Origin: Kiritimatiellia bacterium
Lineage (GTDB): Bacteria > Verrucomicrobiota > Kiritimatiellia > JAAZAB01
Length of the DNA: 64,000 nucleotides
Assembly: GCA_040767085.1 (NCBI GenBank)
Contig: JAXGPF010000010.1
Location: 1 to 64,000 of the forward strand
Direction of reading: 5' to 3'
The notes under the pieces are model-generated. The model did not search any database. It saw only the letters and a list, made by a program, of their open reading frames with translations, and was not told where the DNA came from. Of this stretch, positions 49,272 to 58,848 are shown in pieces. Position numbers and translations under genes: made by a program. Every line of letters begins with the position of its first letter. Positions within the stretch are counted from its first letter, which is position 1.

Positions 49272-49620
49272 AAGCGGCTCCTTCCGGCATGGCGGGCAGG
49301 GCTGCGTCATTCAGGAAAAAGACGGCTCGGTACGGCTTGCCCTGCATAGCTGCAGCGAAGTCCGTCAAAGCCGGACGTAGCCCGCATGGAGACCGCGCCC
49401 TACCATTTTTGATAATTTTGCCTTTGGTAGGGCACGTCCCCGCTCATAGCGGGGTAAACCGCCGGCTTGTCCCGTCTGGCGCGGGAGCGAGCCGATGAGC
49501 ATGACGCAGCCCTGGCATGGCGAGGAAAAGTATAGGTCTTTTGTGTATAGGTCTTTTGTTGCATTTGCGCGTCATTTAATTTAGAATGCACAAAAAAATT
49601 TAGCATGGGTGTGTGAAATA

Positions 49621-50685
49621 ATGGAAATTCCGAATCTTGTCATTGGAAATCTGACGTTAAATATCCCCATTATCCAGGGCGGGATGGGGGTGGCAGTGTC
49701 CAAAAGTTCGCTGGCGGGCGCGGTGTCCGCCGAAGGCGGCCTGGGGGTAATTGCCAGTGTCGGCCTGGGCGAGGATATCGCGTCCAGCGATTCGTATGCC
49801 GATCGCTCCAGCGCGGCCTTGCGCGCTGAAATTCTGGCGGTGAAGCGGCGGCGCCTGCCGGTGGGCGTGAATGTCATGGTGGCCCTGACCAACTACGCCA
49901 GCCTGGTGCGCACCTGTATCGAGGCCGGCGCCGACGCCATTATTTCTGGCGCCGGACTGCCCTTGCGCCTGCCGGAAATTGCCGGCGTGACCGACACCAA
50001 ACTCATACCGATCGTTTCCTCCGGCCGGGCGGCCGACATTGTCTGCCGCACCTGGTGGAAACGCGCCGGCCGCCTGCCCGATGCGCTGGTGGTGGAGGGG
50101 CCGCTGGCCGGCGGGCACCTGGGATTTAAATTCGAGGAATTGCTGGATGGCACGGTAAAGCCGCTGGAAACGCTGGTGGCGGAGGTCCTGGAAGTGGCGG
50201 CGGAATGGAGCGCGCGCGGCCGCCGGCCGATCCCGGTCATTGCCGCCGGGGGAATCTACACCGGCCGGGATATCGCCCGGTTTCTGAAAATGGGCGCCGC
50301 CGGCGTGCAGATGGGCACGCGTTTTGTCGCCACCCACGAGTGCGACGCCGCGGATGCCTACAAGCAGCGCTACGTGCAGGCCACCCGCGATGATGTCATT
50401 TTAATCAAGTCGCCCGTTGGTCTGCCGGCCCGGGTTTTGAAAAACGCCTTGACCGAAGCCAGCCAGCATGGCGCCAAAGTGAAATTTGCCTGCCCTTACA
50501 AGTGCCTGCTGACCTGCGACGCCGGCGTCGCCAATTACTGCATCGCCAAGGTTCTGCTCCAGGCCAGCCGCGGCGATTTCGACCAGGGGTTTGCCATGTG
50601 CGGGGCGAACGCCTGGCGCGTCGATCGCATCGTCAGCGTCCACGAACTGATCCGGGAACTCCTGGCGGAGATGTCGGAAGCCTGA
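49621..50685 (+). CDS. Nitronate monooxygenase / FabK-like FMN-dependent oxidoreductase
   Basis: PIIQGGMGV, SGAGLP, EGPLAGGHLG, IAAGGI and GVQMGTRF motifs. Confidence 0.9.
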   Translation: MEIPNLVIGNLTLNIPIIQGGMGVAVSKSSLAGAVSAEGGLGVIASVGLGEDIASSDSYADRSSAALRAEILAVKRRRLPVGVNVMVALTNYASLVRTCIEAGADAIISGAGLPLRLPEIAGVTDTKLIPIVSSGRAADIVCRTWWKRAGRLPDALVVEGPLAGGHLGFKFEELLDGTVKPLETLVAEVLEVAAEWSARGRRPIPVIAAGGIYTGRDIARFLKMGAAGVQMGTRFVATHECDAADAYKQRYVQATRDDVILIKSPVGLPARVLKNALTEASQHGAKVKFACPYKCLLTCDAGVANYCIAKVLLQASRGDFDQGFAMCGANAWRVDRIVSVHELIRELLAEMSEA

Positions 50686-50842
50686 ACGCCCCGTCTCCGC
50701 CGGGTCCGGAATTCCCGCTTGACTTTAGCGGCGGCGGAACACAATATTATGCCGGAATGCGGTTTGGGGCCGACGTGCGGCATCCCAACCGGCGGCGCGG
50801 TTATAATCCTGCGTTTTAATTAACATTCATGGGAGATGCATC

Positions 50843-51454
50843 ATGGCACAGCAGGAATTAAAAATCGGTCCTTGGCTGCAGGCTGGGTTCAACATCTACA
50901 AGGAGAATTTTCTCTTGCTGATCGTGGTCAATCTACTGGCCCTGGTGCTGGGAAAATTAACCCTGGGCATCCTGGCCGGACCGCTGTTGGCAGGAGTGGC
51001 GCTGATCAACCTCAGGCTGCTGGACCAAAGCGAGCCCAAGCCGGAAATCGGCGATGTCTTCAAGGGATTCGATTTCTTCCTGGATGCCTTTTTGCTCTGC
51101 CTGGGCTGCGTCGTGGTATCCATCCTCGCGGGGATTTTATCGTTGGTGATCTTTACCAAGCTGATTGCCGTTGTGTTCCTGATCGTGTTCGGCATCCTGC
51201 TGCACACGCTGGCCGCTTTCGCCCTGTTTTACATCGTCGACAAAAAAATGGATTGCTGGCCGGCGGTCATGGCGGCCTTCGGCGCCCTGCGCACCATGTT
51301 CCTGCCGCTGGCGGCGATCGTGGTGGTTACGGGCATCATCAGCATGGCGGGCGCCCTGGTCTGCGGTTTCGGTGTGATTGTGACTTTCCCGCTCTATTTC
51401 AGCGTCCTGGCGGTTGTTTACCGCGACCTGCTGCGCCCGCCGGCGCAGGCTTAG
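50843..51454 (+). CDS. Hypothetical integral membrane protein
   Basis: 203 aa with several hydrophobic helices; GGAG upstream; followed by a terminator. Confidence 0.75.
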   Translation: MAQQELKIGPWLQAGFNIYKENFLLLIVVNLLALVLGKLTLGILAGPLLAGVALINLRLLDQSEPKPEIGDVFKGFDFFLDAFLLCLGCVVVSILAGILSLVIFTKLIAVVFLIVFGILLHTLAAFALFYIVDKKMDCWPAVMAAFGALRTMFLPLAAIVVVTGIISMAGALVCGFGVIVTFPLYFSVLAVVYRDLLRPPAQA

Positions 51455-51483
51455 TCGGAAGGCCTGGATGATATGCGATCAAT

Positions 51484-51525
51484 GCGCCCGCCGGCTTGAT
51501 TCCAGCCGCGCGGGCGCTTTTTTTT
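51484..51525 (+). terminator. Rho-independent terminator
   Basis: GCGCCCGC-CGGCT...AGCCG-C-GCGGGCGC hairpin followed by T8. Confidence 0.8.
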
Positions 51526-51536
51526 GAGACGGGACG

Positions 51537-53267
51537 ATGGATAATATGTCAACTTTAAACAGCCTGCTGACGGACTGGATGCGCGCGGCGTTTCAGGCCG
51601 CCTTCCCCGGGCAGGACCAGGCGCTGGCGGCAGTGGCGGTGGAGCCGGCCGCGTCGCCGGAATTCGGAGATTACCAGTGCAATGCCGCCATGGGGCTGGC
51701 GCGGACGCTGCGCCAGGCGCCGCGGGCCATCGCCGCCGCCGCGATTGCCCATGCGCCGCCGCAGCCGGCGGTAGCGCGCCTGGAACAGGCCGGCCCGGGC
51801 TTCATTAACCTTACCCTCGACGATGCCTGGCTGGCAGCCCGCCTGGAAGGCATGCTGTCCGATCCCCGCCTGGGCGCGCCGCTGGCGGGCGCCGGCCGCA
51901 CCGTGGTGATTGATTATTCCAGTCCCAACGTCGCCAAGCCGATGCATATCGGCCACATCCGCTCCACGGTGATCGGCAACGCCCTCGACCGTCTGCACCG
52001 GTTCCTGGGGTACCGGGTGATTGCCGACAACCATCTCGGCGACTGGGGCACCCAGTTCGGCATCCTGATCCAGGGCTACCGCCATTTTCTCGACCGCGCC
52101 GCGCTGGCGGCCGCGCCGGTGGAAGAATTGGAGCGGCTTTACGTGCGCAGCTACGAACGCGCGCGGGCGGAGGAAGACTGGATGGCGCAATGCCGGAAGG
52201 AACTGGTTAAATTACAGGCCGGCGACCCGGAAAACCTGGCGCTCTGGCAGGAATTCATCCGGCTCTCCCGGGGCGAATTCGACCGGATTTACGCCCGCCT
52301 GAACGTTACCTTCGACTTGACGCGCGGCGAGAGCCATTACCATGACCGCCTGCCCGGCGTCATTGAACGCCTGGAGTCCACCGGCCTGGCCCGCGAAAGC
52401 GAAGGGGCGCTGGTGGCCTTTTTTGACGGCGATAAACTGCCGCCCTGCATCGTGCGCAAGTCGGACGGCGCATTCAATTACGCGGCCACCGATGTGGCCA
52501 CGGTCTTAAGCCGCGTGGAGGAATTCAATCCGGCCGCCATCATCTATGTCACCGACGAACGCCAACAACTGCATTTCCGGCAGGTGTTTGCGCTGGCGCG
52601 CCAACTGGGGGTCGGCGCCGAACTGGTGCATGTCTGGTTCGGCTTGATGCGCCTGCCGGAAGGCACTTTCTCCACCCGCCAGGGCAATGTCATCAAGCTG
52701 GAAATGCTCCTGGACGAGGCGGAAACGCGCGCTCTGGCCATGGTCCGCGAAAGCAGCCCGAACATGCCCGCCGAACAGCAGCGCGCCGTGGCGCGGGCTG
52801 TCGGCATCGGCGCGGTGAAATACGCCGATTTGAGCCAGAACCCCCAGAGCCTGGTGACGTTTTCCTGGGACAAGGCCCTGGCCTTGACCGGCAACTCCGC
52901 GCCTTACCTGCAATATGCCCACGCGCGCATTTGCAGTGTTTTGGACAAATACCGGGAACGCCACCCGGGCGTCCGCCTGGAAAATTATCCTTTGCGGCCG
53001 GAGCTCCCGGTGGAACGCGCGCTGTCACTGCACCTGGCGCGCTTCCCCGACATCCTGCTGGGCGCCGCCCGGCTTTACCGGCCCAGCATCCTGGCCGATT
53101 ACCTCTACGCGCTGGCCGGGCATTACAGTAATTTTTATCAGAATGTGCCTTTTTTGAAGGAAGCGGAAGGCATCCGCGAAAGCCGTGTGCGGCTTTGCGC
53201 CGCCGTGGCCGGCGTGCTCCGCCAGGGACTGGATTTGCTGGGCATCGAAGCCCCGGAACGCATTTGA
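51537..53267 (+). CDS. argS: Arginine--tRNA ligase
   Basis: FGDYQCN, DYSSPNVAKPMHIGHIRST, HLGDWGTQFG and GNSAPYLQYAHARI motifs. Confidence 0.98.
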   Translation: MDNMSTLNSLLTDWMRAAFQAAFPGQDQALAAVAVEPAASPEFGDYQCNAAMGLARTLRQAPRAIAAAAIAHAPPQPAVARLEQAGPGFINLTLDDAWLAARLEGMLSDPRLGAPLAGAGRTVVIDYSSPNVAKPMHIGHIRSTVIGNALDRLHRFLGYRVIADNHLGDWGTQFGILIQGYRHFLDRAALAAAPVEELERLYVRSYERARAEEDWMAQCRKELVKLQAGDPENLALWQEFIRLSRGEFDRIYARLNVTFDLTRGESHYHDRLPGVIERLESTGLARESEGALVAFFDGDKLPPCIVRKSDGAFNYAATDVATVLSRVEEFNPAAIIYVTDERQQLHFRQVFALARQLGVGAELVHVWFGLMRLPEGTFSTRQGNVIKLEMLLDEAETRALAMVRESSPNMPAEQQRAVARAVGIGAVKYADLSQNPQSLVTFSWDKALALTGNSAPYLQYAHARICSVLDKYRERHPGVRLENYPLRPELPVERALSLHLARFPDILLGAARLYRPSILADYLYALAGHYSNFYQNVPFLKEAEGIRESRVRLCAAVAGVLRQGLDLLGIEAPERI

Positions 53268-53268
53268 C

Positions 53269-54528
53269 ATGAAAACGAATTCCCGCGCCGCCGCCATCCG
53301 TATCATTGCCCGCTGGCTGCAGACCGGGGCTTTCCCGGGGCGGCTGCTGGAGGAAGTCGCCGACGACCGCGCGTTCGTCACGGAACTGGTTTACGGCGCG
53401 GTGCGCTGGCGCCGGCAATTGGAGTGGGTGGCGCGGAAATACGCGCCCCATCCCCCCGCGCCGGAAATTTCCGCGGCCTTGTGCATCGGCCTCTATCAGA
53501 TTCTGCACCTGACTGATGTGGCGGAATACGCGGCGGTCAATGAAACGGTCGCCGCGGTGCGGGAAACCGGCGCCCCAGGCGTCGCCGGCTTTGTCAATGC
53601 CTTGCTGCGCCGGACGTTGCGCGAGCGCCAGGCGCTCGCGGAGGAGTTGCAGCGCCTGCCGGCCGGCATCCGCCTTTCGCATCCCGATTGCCTGTTGCAG
53701 CGTTGGAGCGCTAATTTTTCTCCCGCGCGGGCGGAACAGATTGCCGCCTGGAACAACCAGCGGGCGGAAGTCACGGTGACGGCGAACAGTTTGAAAATCG
53801 CCGACCAGTCCCTGCAATCGGCCTTCCAGGAACAGGGCCTGATCGCGCGCGCCGCGGAGTCCGCCGGGAAAAAGTTTTTCGCCATTAAACGGGGCGTATC
53901 CGTGCCGGACTTGCCCGGGTATGACAAGGGCTGGTTCCTGGCGGCCGATCCGGCTGTGGCCCACGCGGTAATCCTGCTCGGCGCGGAACCCGGCATGCGC
54001 GTGCTGGATGCCTGCGCCGCGCCGGGCGGTAAAACCGCGCTGCTGGCCGGCGCCATGCAAGGCCAGGGCAGCTTGACTGCCTGGGAGCCGCAGGGCGCCC
54101 GCCGGGCGCGCATGGCCGCCAATCTCGAGCGGCTGGGCCTGGCGGAGTTTGTCGGACTCCAGGGGGTGAACGCGCTGCATCCGCCGCCTGACAGCGGTCC
54201 GTTCGACCGGATTCTGCTGGATGCGCCTTGTTCGAATACCGGCGTGATCCGGCACAAACCGGATGTTCGCTGGAATTTTGATCCGCGCCGGCTGGATGAA
54301 TCGGTCCGTCTCCAGACGGAGCTTTTGACCAGGCTGGCCGGGCTGCTGGCGCCGGGCGGCCGGCTGGTTTACAGCACCTGCAGCCTGGAGCCGGAAGAAA
54401 ACGGCGGCGTGGTGCGCGCCGGCCTGTCCCGCTTGTCAGGGTATGTGTTGCTGAAGAAATGCCAGGGCGTGCCGCCGGAGTCGGGGATGGACGGGTTTTA
54501 TGCCGCCTGCCTGGCACGGCGCGGATGA
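53269..54528 (+). CDS. rsmB: 16S rRNA m5C967 methyltransferase RsmB/Sun (NusB-like N-terminus)
   Basis: YAAVNETV, VLDACAAPGGKT, ILLDAPCSNTG and LVYSTCS motifs. Confidence 0.9.
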   Translation: MKTNSRAAAIRIIARWLQTGAFPGRLLEEVADDRAFVTELVYGAVRWRRQLEWVARKYAPHPPAPEISAALCIGLYQILHLTDVAEYAAVNETVAAVRETGAPGVAGFVNALLRRTLRERQALAEELQRLPAGIRLSHPDCLLQRWSANFSPARAEQIAAWNNQRAEVTVTANSLKIADQSLQSAFQEQGLIARAAESAGKKFFAIKRGVSVPDLPGYDKGWFLAADPAVAHAVILLGAEPGMRVLDACAAPGGKTALLAGAMQGQGSLTAWEPQGARRARMAANLERLGLAEFVGLQGVNALHPPPDSGPFDRILLDAPCSNTGVIRHKPDVRWNFDPRRLDESVRLQTELLTRLAGLLAPGGRLVYSTCSLEPEENGGVVRAGLSRLSGYVLLKKCQGVPPESGMDGFYAACLARRG

Positions 54529-54683
54529 ATGCGATTCCCGGCAGCAGGCGCCCGCGGACATTTGCCGCCTCCTTGCCCATGTTTCATCGTATTTTGTGTT
54601 TCATCGTATTTTGTTGAAACTGGCGGGTAAATTTGATATTTTCATTGATCGCATCTTGAGAAATACTGTTTGCACAGGTGTTT

Positions 54684-55976
54684 ATGAAAGAAATCGGGGT
54701 AGGATTGCTGGGGTTGGGGACCATCGGCGCCGGCGTGGCGCACACCTTGCCGGCCAAGGCCGGCTTGCTGACTAACCGGCTGGGAATCCGGTTGACACTG
54801 AGACGGGCGGCCGACCTTTCCGCCGAACGGCGGGCGGCGGCGCCGGCGGGAATTTTAACGACGGATGATGCGGCGTCAGTCGTGGATGCCGAAGATGTGG
54901 ATGTGGTGGTGGAGTTGATTGGCGGCACGGGCGCGGCGCGGGAATTGGTGACGCGGGCGCTGCGCCGGGGCAAGCCGGTGGTGACGGCCAACAAGGCCCT
55001 GTTGGCCGCCCATGGCGCCGAGTTGTTTCAACTGGCGCGGGAGCATGGCGCGGAGATTTACTTTGAAGCCAGCGTCGGCGGCGGCATCCCGGTCATCCGC
55101 GCCTTGCGCGAGGGGCTGGTGGCGGACAATATCCGCCGGATTTACGGCATTTTGAATGGCACGTGCAACTTCATCCTGACCAGCATGGAACAGACCGGGC
55201 AATCCTTCGAACAGGCTCTGCAGGCGGCGCAGGCCGCCGGGTATGCCGAGGCGAATCCGGCGCTGGATATTGACGGCAAAGATACCGCGCACAAGGCGGT
55301 GATCCTGGCTTCGCTGATTTACGGCCAGCATTTTCCATTGGAGGCCGTCTCGGTGGAGGGCATCCGCGGCCTGGCCGAGTTGGACATGGCTTACGCCCGC
55401 GAGTTGGGGTATTGCATCCGGCTGCTGGCGGTCATCCGGGATGCGGGGCCGGAAGTCGAGGTGCGGGTCCATCCCGCGCTGGTGCCCTCCCGCCATATCC
55501 TGGCGTCCGTCAAGGGTGTTTTCAACGCCATGCTGATCGAAAGCGACGGGGCGGGTGAATTGCTGTTTTACGGCCGCGGCGCCGGCCGCGAGCCGACCGC
55601 CAGCGCGGTGATCAGCAACGTGGCGGACGCCGCCATGGCCCTGGCGTCCGCCGCCGCCCGCCGTCCGTTCCTGGGCATGCCCGCCGCCGCCCGCCGCCTG
55701 CGCGATATCAACCAGACGGAAGTGCGTTATTACCTGCGTTTGAACTTGCTCGACCGGCCGGGCGTATTCGGCGAAATCGGCACCGTGCTGGGCCGGCACG
55801 GCATCAGCATCGCCTCGCTGCTGCAGAAGGAAGACCGGGCGGGCGCGCAGGTGCCCGTGGTAATCATCACGCACACGGCGCCGGAGCGGGCCTTCCGGGA
55901 AGCCCTGGCGGAAATTGACGCACTGCCGATCGTCGGTGCGGGCTCGATGCGCCTGCGCATTGTCAATGAGATTTAA
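54684..55976 (+). CDS. hom: Homoserine dehydrogenase with ACT domain
   Basis: GLLGLGTIG, VVTANKA, FEASVGGGIP, GILNGTCNFIL and GYAEANP motifs. Confidence 0.96.
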   Translation: MKEIGVGLLGLGTIGAGVAHTLPAKAGLLTNRLGIRLTLRRAADLSAERRAAAPAGILTTDDAASVVDAEDVDVVVELIGGTGAARELVTRALRRGKPVVTANKALLAAHGAELFQLAREHGAEIYFEASVGGGIPVIRALREGLVADNIRRIYGILNGTCNFILTSMEQTGQSFEQALQAAQAAGYAEANPALDIDGKDTAHKAVILASLIYGQHFPLEAVSVEGIRGLAELDMAYARELGYCIRLLAVIRDAGPEVEVRVHPALVPSRHILASVKGVFNAMLIESDGAGELLFYGRGAGREPTASAVISNVADAAMALASAAARRPFLGMPAAARRLRDINQTEVRYYLRLNLLDRPGVFGEIGTVLGRHGISIASLLQKEDRAGAQVPVVIITHTAPERAFREALAEIDALPIVGAGSMRLRIVNEI

Positions 55977-55977
55977 C

Positions 55978-57267
55978 ATGGCGGGATCGAAAAAAATAAT
56001 CGTGCAGAAATTCGGCGGCAGTTCCGTCGCCGACCCGGACTGCGTACGGCGGGTGGCGCGGCGGGTGTTGGAAACCCAGCGGCAGGGCCACGCCGTGGTG
56101 GTGATCGTCAGCGCCATGGGGGACGCGACGGATCACCTGGTCGCGCTGGCCCACCGGATCACACCCAATCCCAGCGGGCGCGAAATGGACATGTTGATGG
56201 CCACCGGCGAGCAGGTTTCCGTGGCCGTCCTGGCCATGGCCTTGCACGCCCTGGGCGCCCGGGCGGTCTCCCTGACCGGGCCGCAAGCCGGGATTTTCAC
56301 GGATGCGATGCACCGCAAGGCGAAGATCATGCGCATCCAGCCGGCGCGCATCCGGCGCCATTTGCGGGAAGGCGCGATCGTTATTGTTGCCGGCTTCCAG
56401 GGCGCGACGCCGCGGGACGATATCGCCACGCTGGGGCGCGGCGGCTCCGACACCACGGCCGTCGCCCTCGCCGCGGCGCTGCGGGCCGGCCGCTGCCAGA
56501 TTTTCACGGATGTGGACGGCATCTATTCCGCCGACCCGCGCCTGGTGCCGGACGCGCGCAAACTGAATGAAATTGCCTGTGATGAAATGCTGGAACTGGC
56601 CAGTCTCGGCGCCCGGGTGCTGATGCCGCGCGCGGTGGAATTTGCCAAGAAATACGGAGTGGAAATAGAAGTGCTGTCGAGTTTTACACGGAAACCCGGC
56701 ACGGTGGTGAAGGAAGAGGTGGCGCATATGGAAGACATCGTCGTTCGCGGGGTTACGGTCGAAGAAGAGCATGTCAAGTTGACTATGGCCGGTGTGCCGG
56801 ACAAGCCCGGCATGGCGGCGCGCCTCTTCGGCCGGTTGGCCGCCGCCGGCATCAACGTGGACATGATTGTCCAGAATACCAGCGCCCGGGGCTTGACGGA
56901 CATCTCGTTTACCCTGCACCAGGACGATGAAGGGCCGGCGCGCGAAGTGCTGTCCCAACTGGTGCGGCAGACGCAGGGCGAGCAGGTGACGGCGGATGCT
57001 GATATCGCCAAGGTGAGCGTGGTAGGGGTGGGGATGCGGGGACATGCCGGCGTGGCGTACCGGATGTTCCACGAACTGGCCCGACAGCACATCAATATCC
57101 TGATGATCGCCACATCGGAAATCAAGATCACCGTAGTCGTGCGCAAGCGGCATGCGGCGCGGGCCTTGCGATCCCTGCACCGAACCTTCGGCTTGCATCA
57201 ATCCCCGCGGCGCCGGCGGACGCCGCGGCCCAGCAAAGGCGGGCATCATGCAAAAACAACGCGTTGA
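55978..57267 (+). CDS. lysC: Aspartate kinase
   Basis: VQKFGGSSV, VSAMG, TLGRGGSDTTA and TDVDG motifs; two ACT domains. Confidence 0.96.
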   Translation: MAGSKKIIVQKFGGSSVADPDCVRRVARRVLETQRQGHAVVVIVSAMGDATDHLVALAHRITPNPSGREMDMLMATGEQVSVAVLAMALHALGARAVSLTGPQAGIFTDAMHRKAKIMRIQPARIRRHLREGAIVIVAGFQGATPRDDIATLGRGGSDTTAVALAAALRAGRCQIFTDVDGIYSADPRLVPDARKLNEIACDEMLELASLGARVLMPRAVEFAKKYGVEIEVLSSFTRKPGTVVKEEVAHMEDIVVRGVTVEEEHVKLTMAGVPDKPGMAARLFGRLAAAGINVDMIVQNTSARGLTDISFTLHQDDEGPAREVLSQLVRQTQGEQVTADADIAKVSVVGVGMRGHAGVAYRMFHELARQHINILMIATSEIKITVVVRKRHAARALRSLHRTFGLHQSPRRRRTPRPSKGGHHAKTTR

Positions 57268-58843
57268 AATCTACGACACCACGTTGCGCGACGGCATGCA
57301 ATGCGAAGGCGTTTCACTGTCGTTGACCGGCAAAGTGCGCCTGGCGCGCAAGCTGGATGAATTCGGCGTGGATTACATCGAAGGCGGTTATGCCGCCTCC
57401 AATCCCAAGGACATGGAATTCTTCGCCGAAATGCGGCGCCAGCCGCTGCGGCACGCGCAGGTCGTGGCCTTCGGCAGCACCCGCCGCGCCAATGTCAGCG
57501 CCGCCGAGGATCCCGGCACCATCAAGCTGCTGGAATCGGGCATGCCGGTGGCCGCCATTTTCGGCAAGGCCTGGCAGTTGCATGTCCGGGACGTCCTGCG
57601 CACGACGCCCGCGGAAAACCTGGCCATGGTCCGCGACACGGTCAGCCACCTGAAAGCCAACGGATGCCGGGTGATTTTCGATGCCGAGCATTTCTTCGAC
57701 GGCTACCGCGACAGCCCGGACGCCGCCCTGGCCGTTCTGAAGGCCGCCGCGGCAGGCGGCGCGAGCGTGCTGGTGCTCTGCGACACCCGCGGCGGATTGC
57801 TCCCCCATGATGTTTACGAGATCACGCGCCTGGTGGTCCGGTCCTTCCCGCTGCCGATCGGCATCCATTGCCACAACGACTGCGAAGTGGCAGTGGCAAA
57901 TTCGCTCGAAGCCGTCCGCGCCGGCGCCGTGCATGTGCAGGGCACTATTAACGGCTACGGCGAGCGCTGCGGCAATGCCAACCTCTGTTCGATTGTCCCC
58001 GGCCTGCTGTTGAAAATGAACCGCGAGTGCGGCCGTCCGGACTGTCTGTCCAAACTGGCGGAGTTGTCGCGTTTCACGGACGATCTGCTGGATCGCCAGT
58101 ACAACCGCCATGCGCCCTATGTCGGGGAAAGCGCCTTTGCCCACAAGGCCGGCATGCACGTCAATGCCGTGGAAAAAAATCCGCTCAGTTTCGAGCATAT
58201 TCCGCCGGAGAGCGTCGGCAACACCCGGCGCATCCTGGTGTCCGAGTTGTCCGGCGGCAGCAACGTGCTGCTCAAGGCCGTGGAAATGGGCGTGGCTCTC
58301 ACCAAGTCGTCGCCCGAAGTGCGCCAGGTCCTGCGGAGCCTCGAGGAACTGGAACGCAAGGGGTACGAGTTCGAGGCGGCCGACGCCTCCTTCAAGCTGC
58401 TGATGAAGAAAGTGCTGAAAAAACACAAGCCGTTTTTTACCCTGGAAGGATTCCGCGTGATCGTGGAAAAACGCGGGGTGGGCGAGCGTTGCATTTCCGA
58501 GGCGACCGTCAAGCTGAAAATCAACGGCGAGGTGGCGCATACGGTGGGGGAAGGCGACGGCCCGGTCAACGCCCTGGACAGCGCGCTGCGCAAGGCCCTG
58601 GTCCGGTTTTATCCGGCCATCAACGACGTGTCGCTGACGGATTACCATGTCCGGATCCTCGACCCCAAGGAAGCCACCGCCGCCAAAACCAGGGTGATCA
58701 TCGAGTCGTCGGACGGCCGCGACACCTGGGGCACCGTGGGCGTTTCGGAAAACATCATCGAGGCCTCCTGGGAAGCCCTGGTGGACAGCGTGGAATACAA
58801 ACTCTTCAAGCAGGCGGATGAACAAACGGGCGGAACGGAGTGA
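57248..58843 (+). CDS. cimA: Citramalate synthase (LeuA-like, CimA type)
   Basis: [41 protein letters not shown] and [15 protein letters not shown] motifs. Confidence 0.92.
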   Translation: MQKQRVEIYDTTLRDGMQCEGVSLSLTGKVRLARKLDEFGVDYIEGGYAASNPKDMEFFAEMRRQPLRHAQVVAFGSTRRANVSAAEDPGTIKLLESGMPVAAIFGKAWQLHVRDVLRTTPAENLAMVRDTVSHLKANGCRVIFDAEHFFDGYRDSPDAALAVLKAAAAGGASVLVLCDTRGGLLPHDVYEITRLVVRSFPLPIGIHCHNDCEVAVANSLEAVRAGAVHVQGTINGYGERCGNANLCSIVPGLLLKMNRECGRPDCLSKLAELSRFTDDLLDRQYNRHAPYVGESAFAHKAGMHVNAVEKNPLSFEHIPPESVGNTRRILVSELSGGSNVLLKAVEMGVALTKSSPEVRQVLRSLEELERKGYEFEAADASFKLLMKKVLKKHKPFFTLEGFRVIVEKRGVGERCISEATVKLKINGEVAHTVGEGDGPVNALDSALRKALVRFYPAINDVSLTDYHVRILDPKEATAAKTRVIIESSDGRDTWGTVGVSENIIEASWEALVDSVEYKLFKQADEQTGGTE

Positions 58844-58848
58844 TTGCC

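Noticed and set aside
51455-51536. T-box riboswitch upstream of argS
   Set aside because: The intergenic gap is only ~80 nt and I see no T-box consensus; the hairpin is better explained as the upstream gene's terminator.
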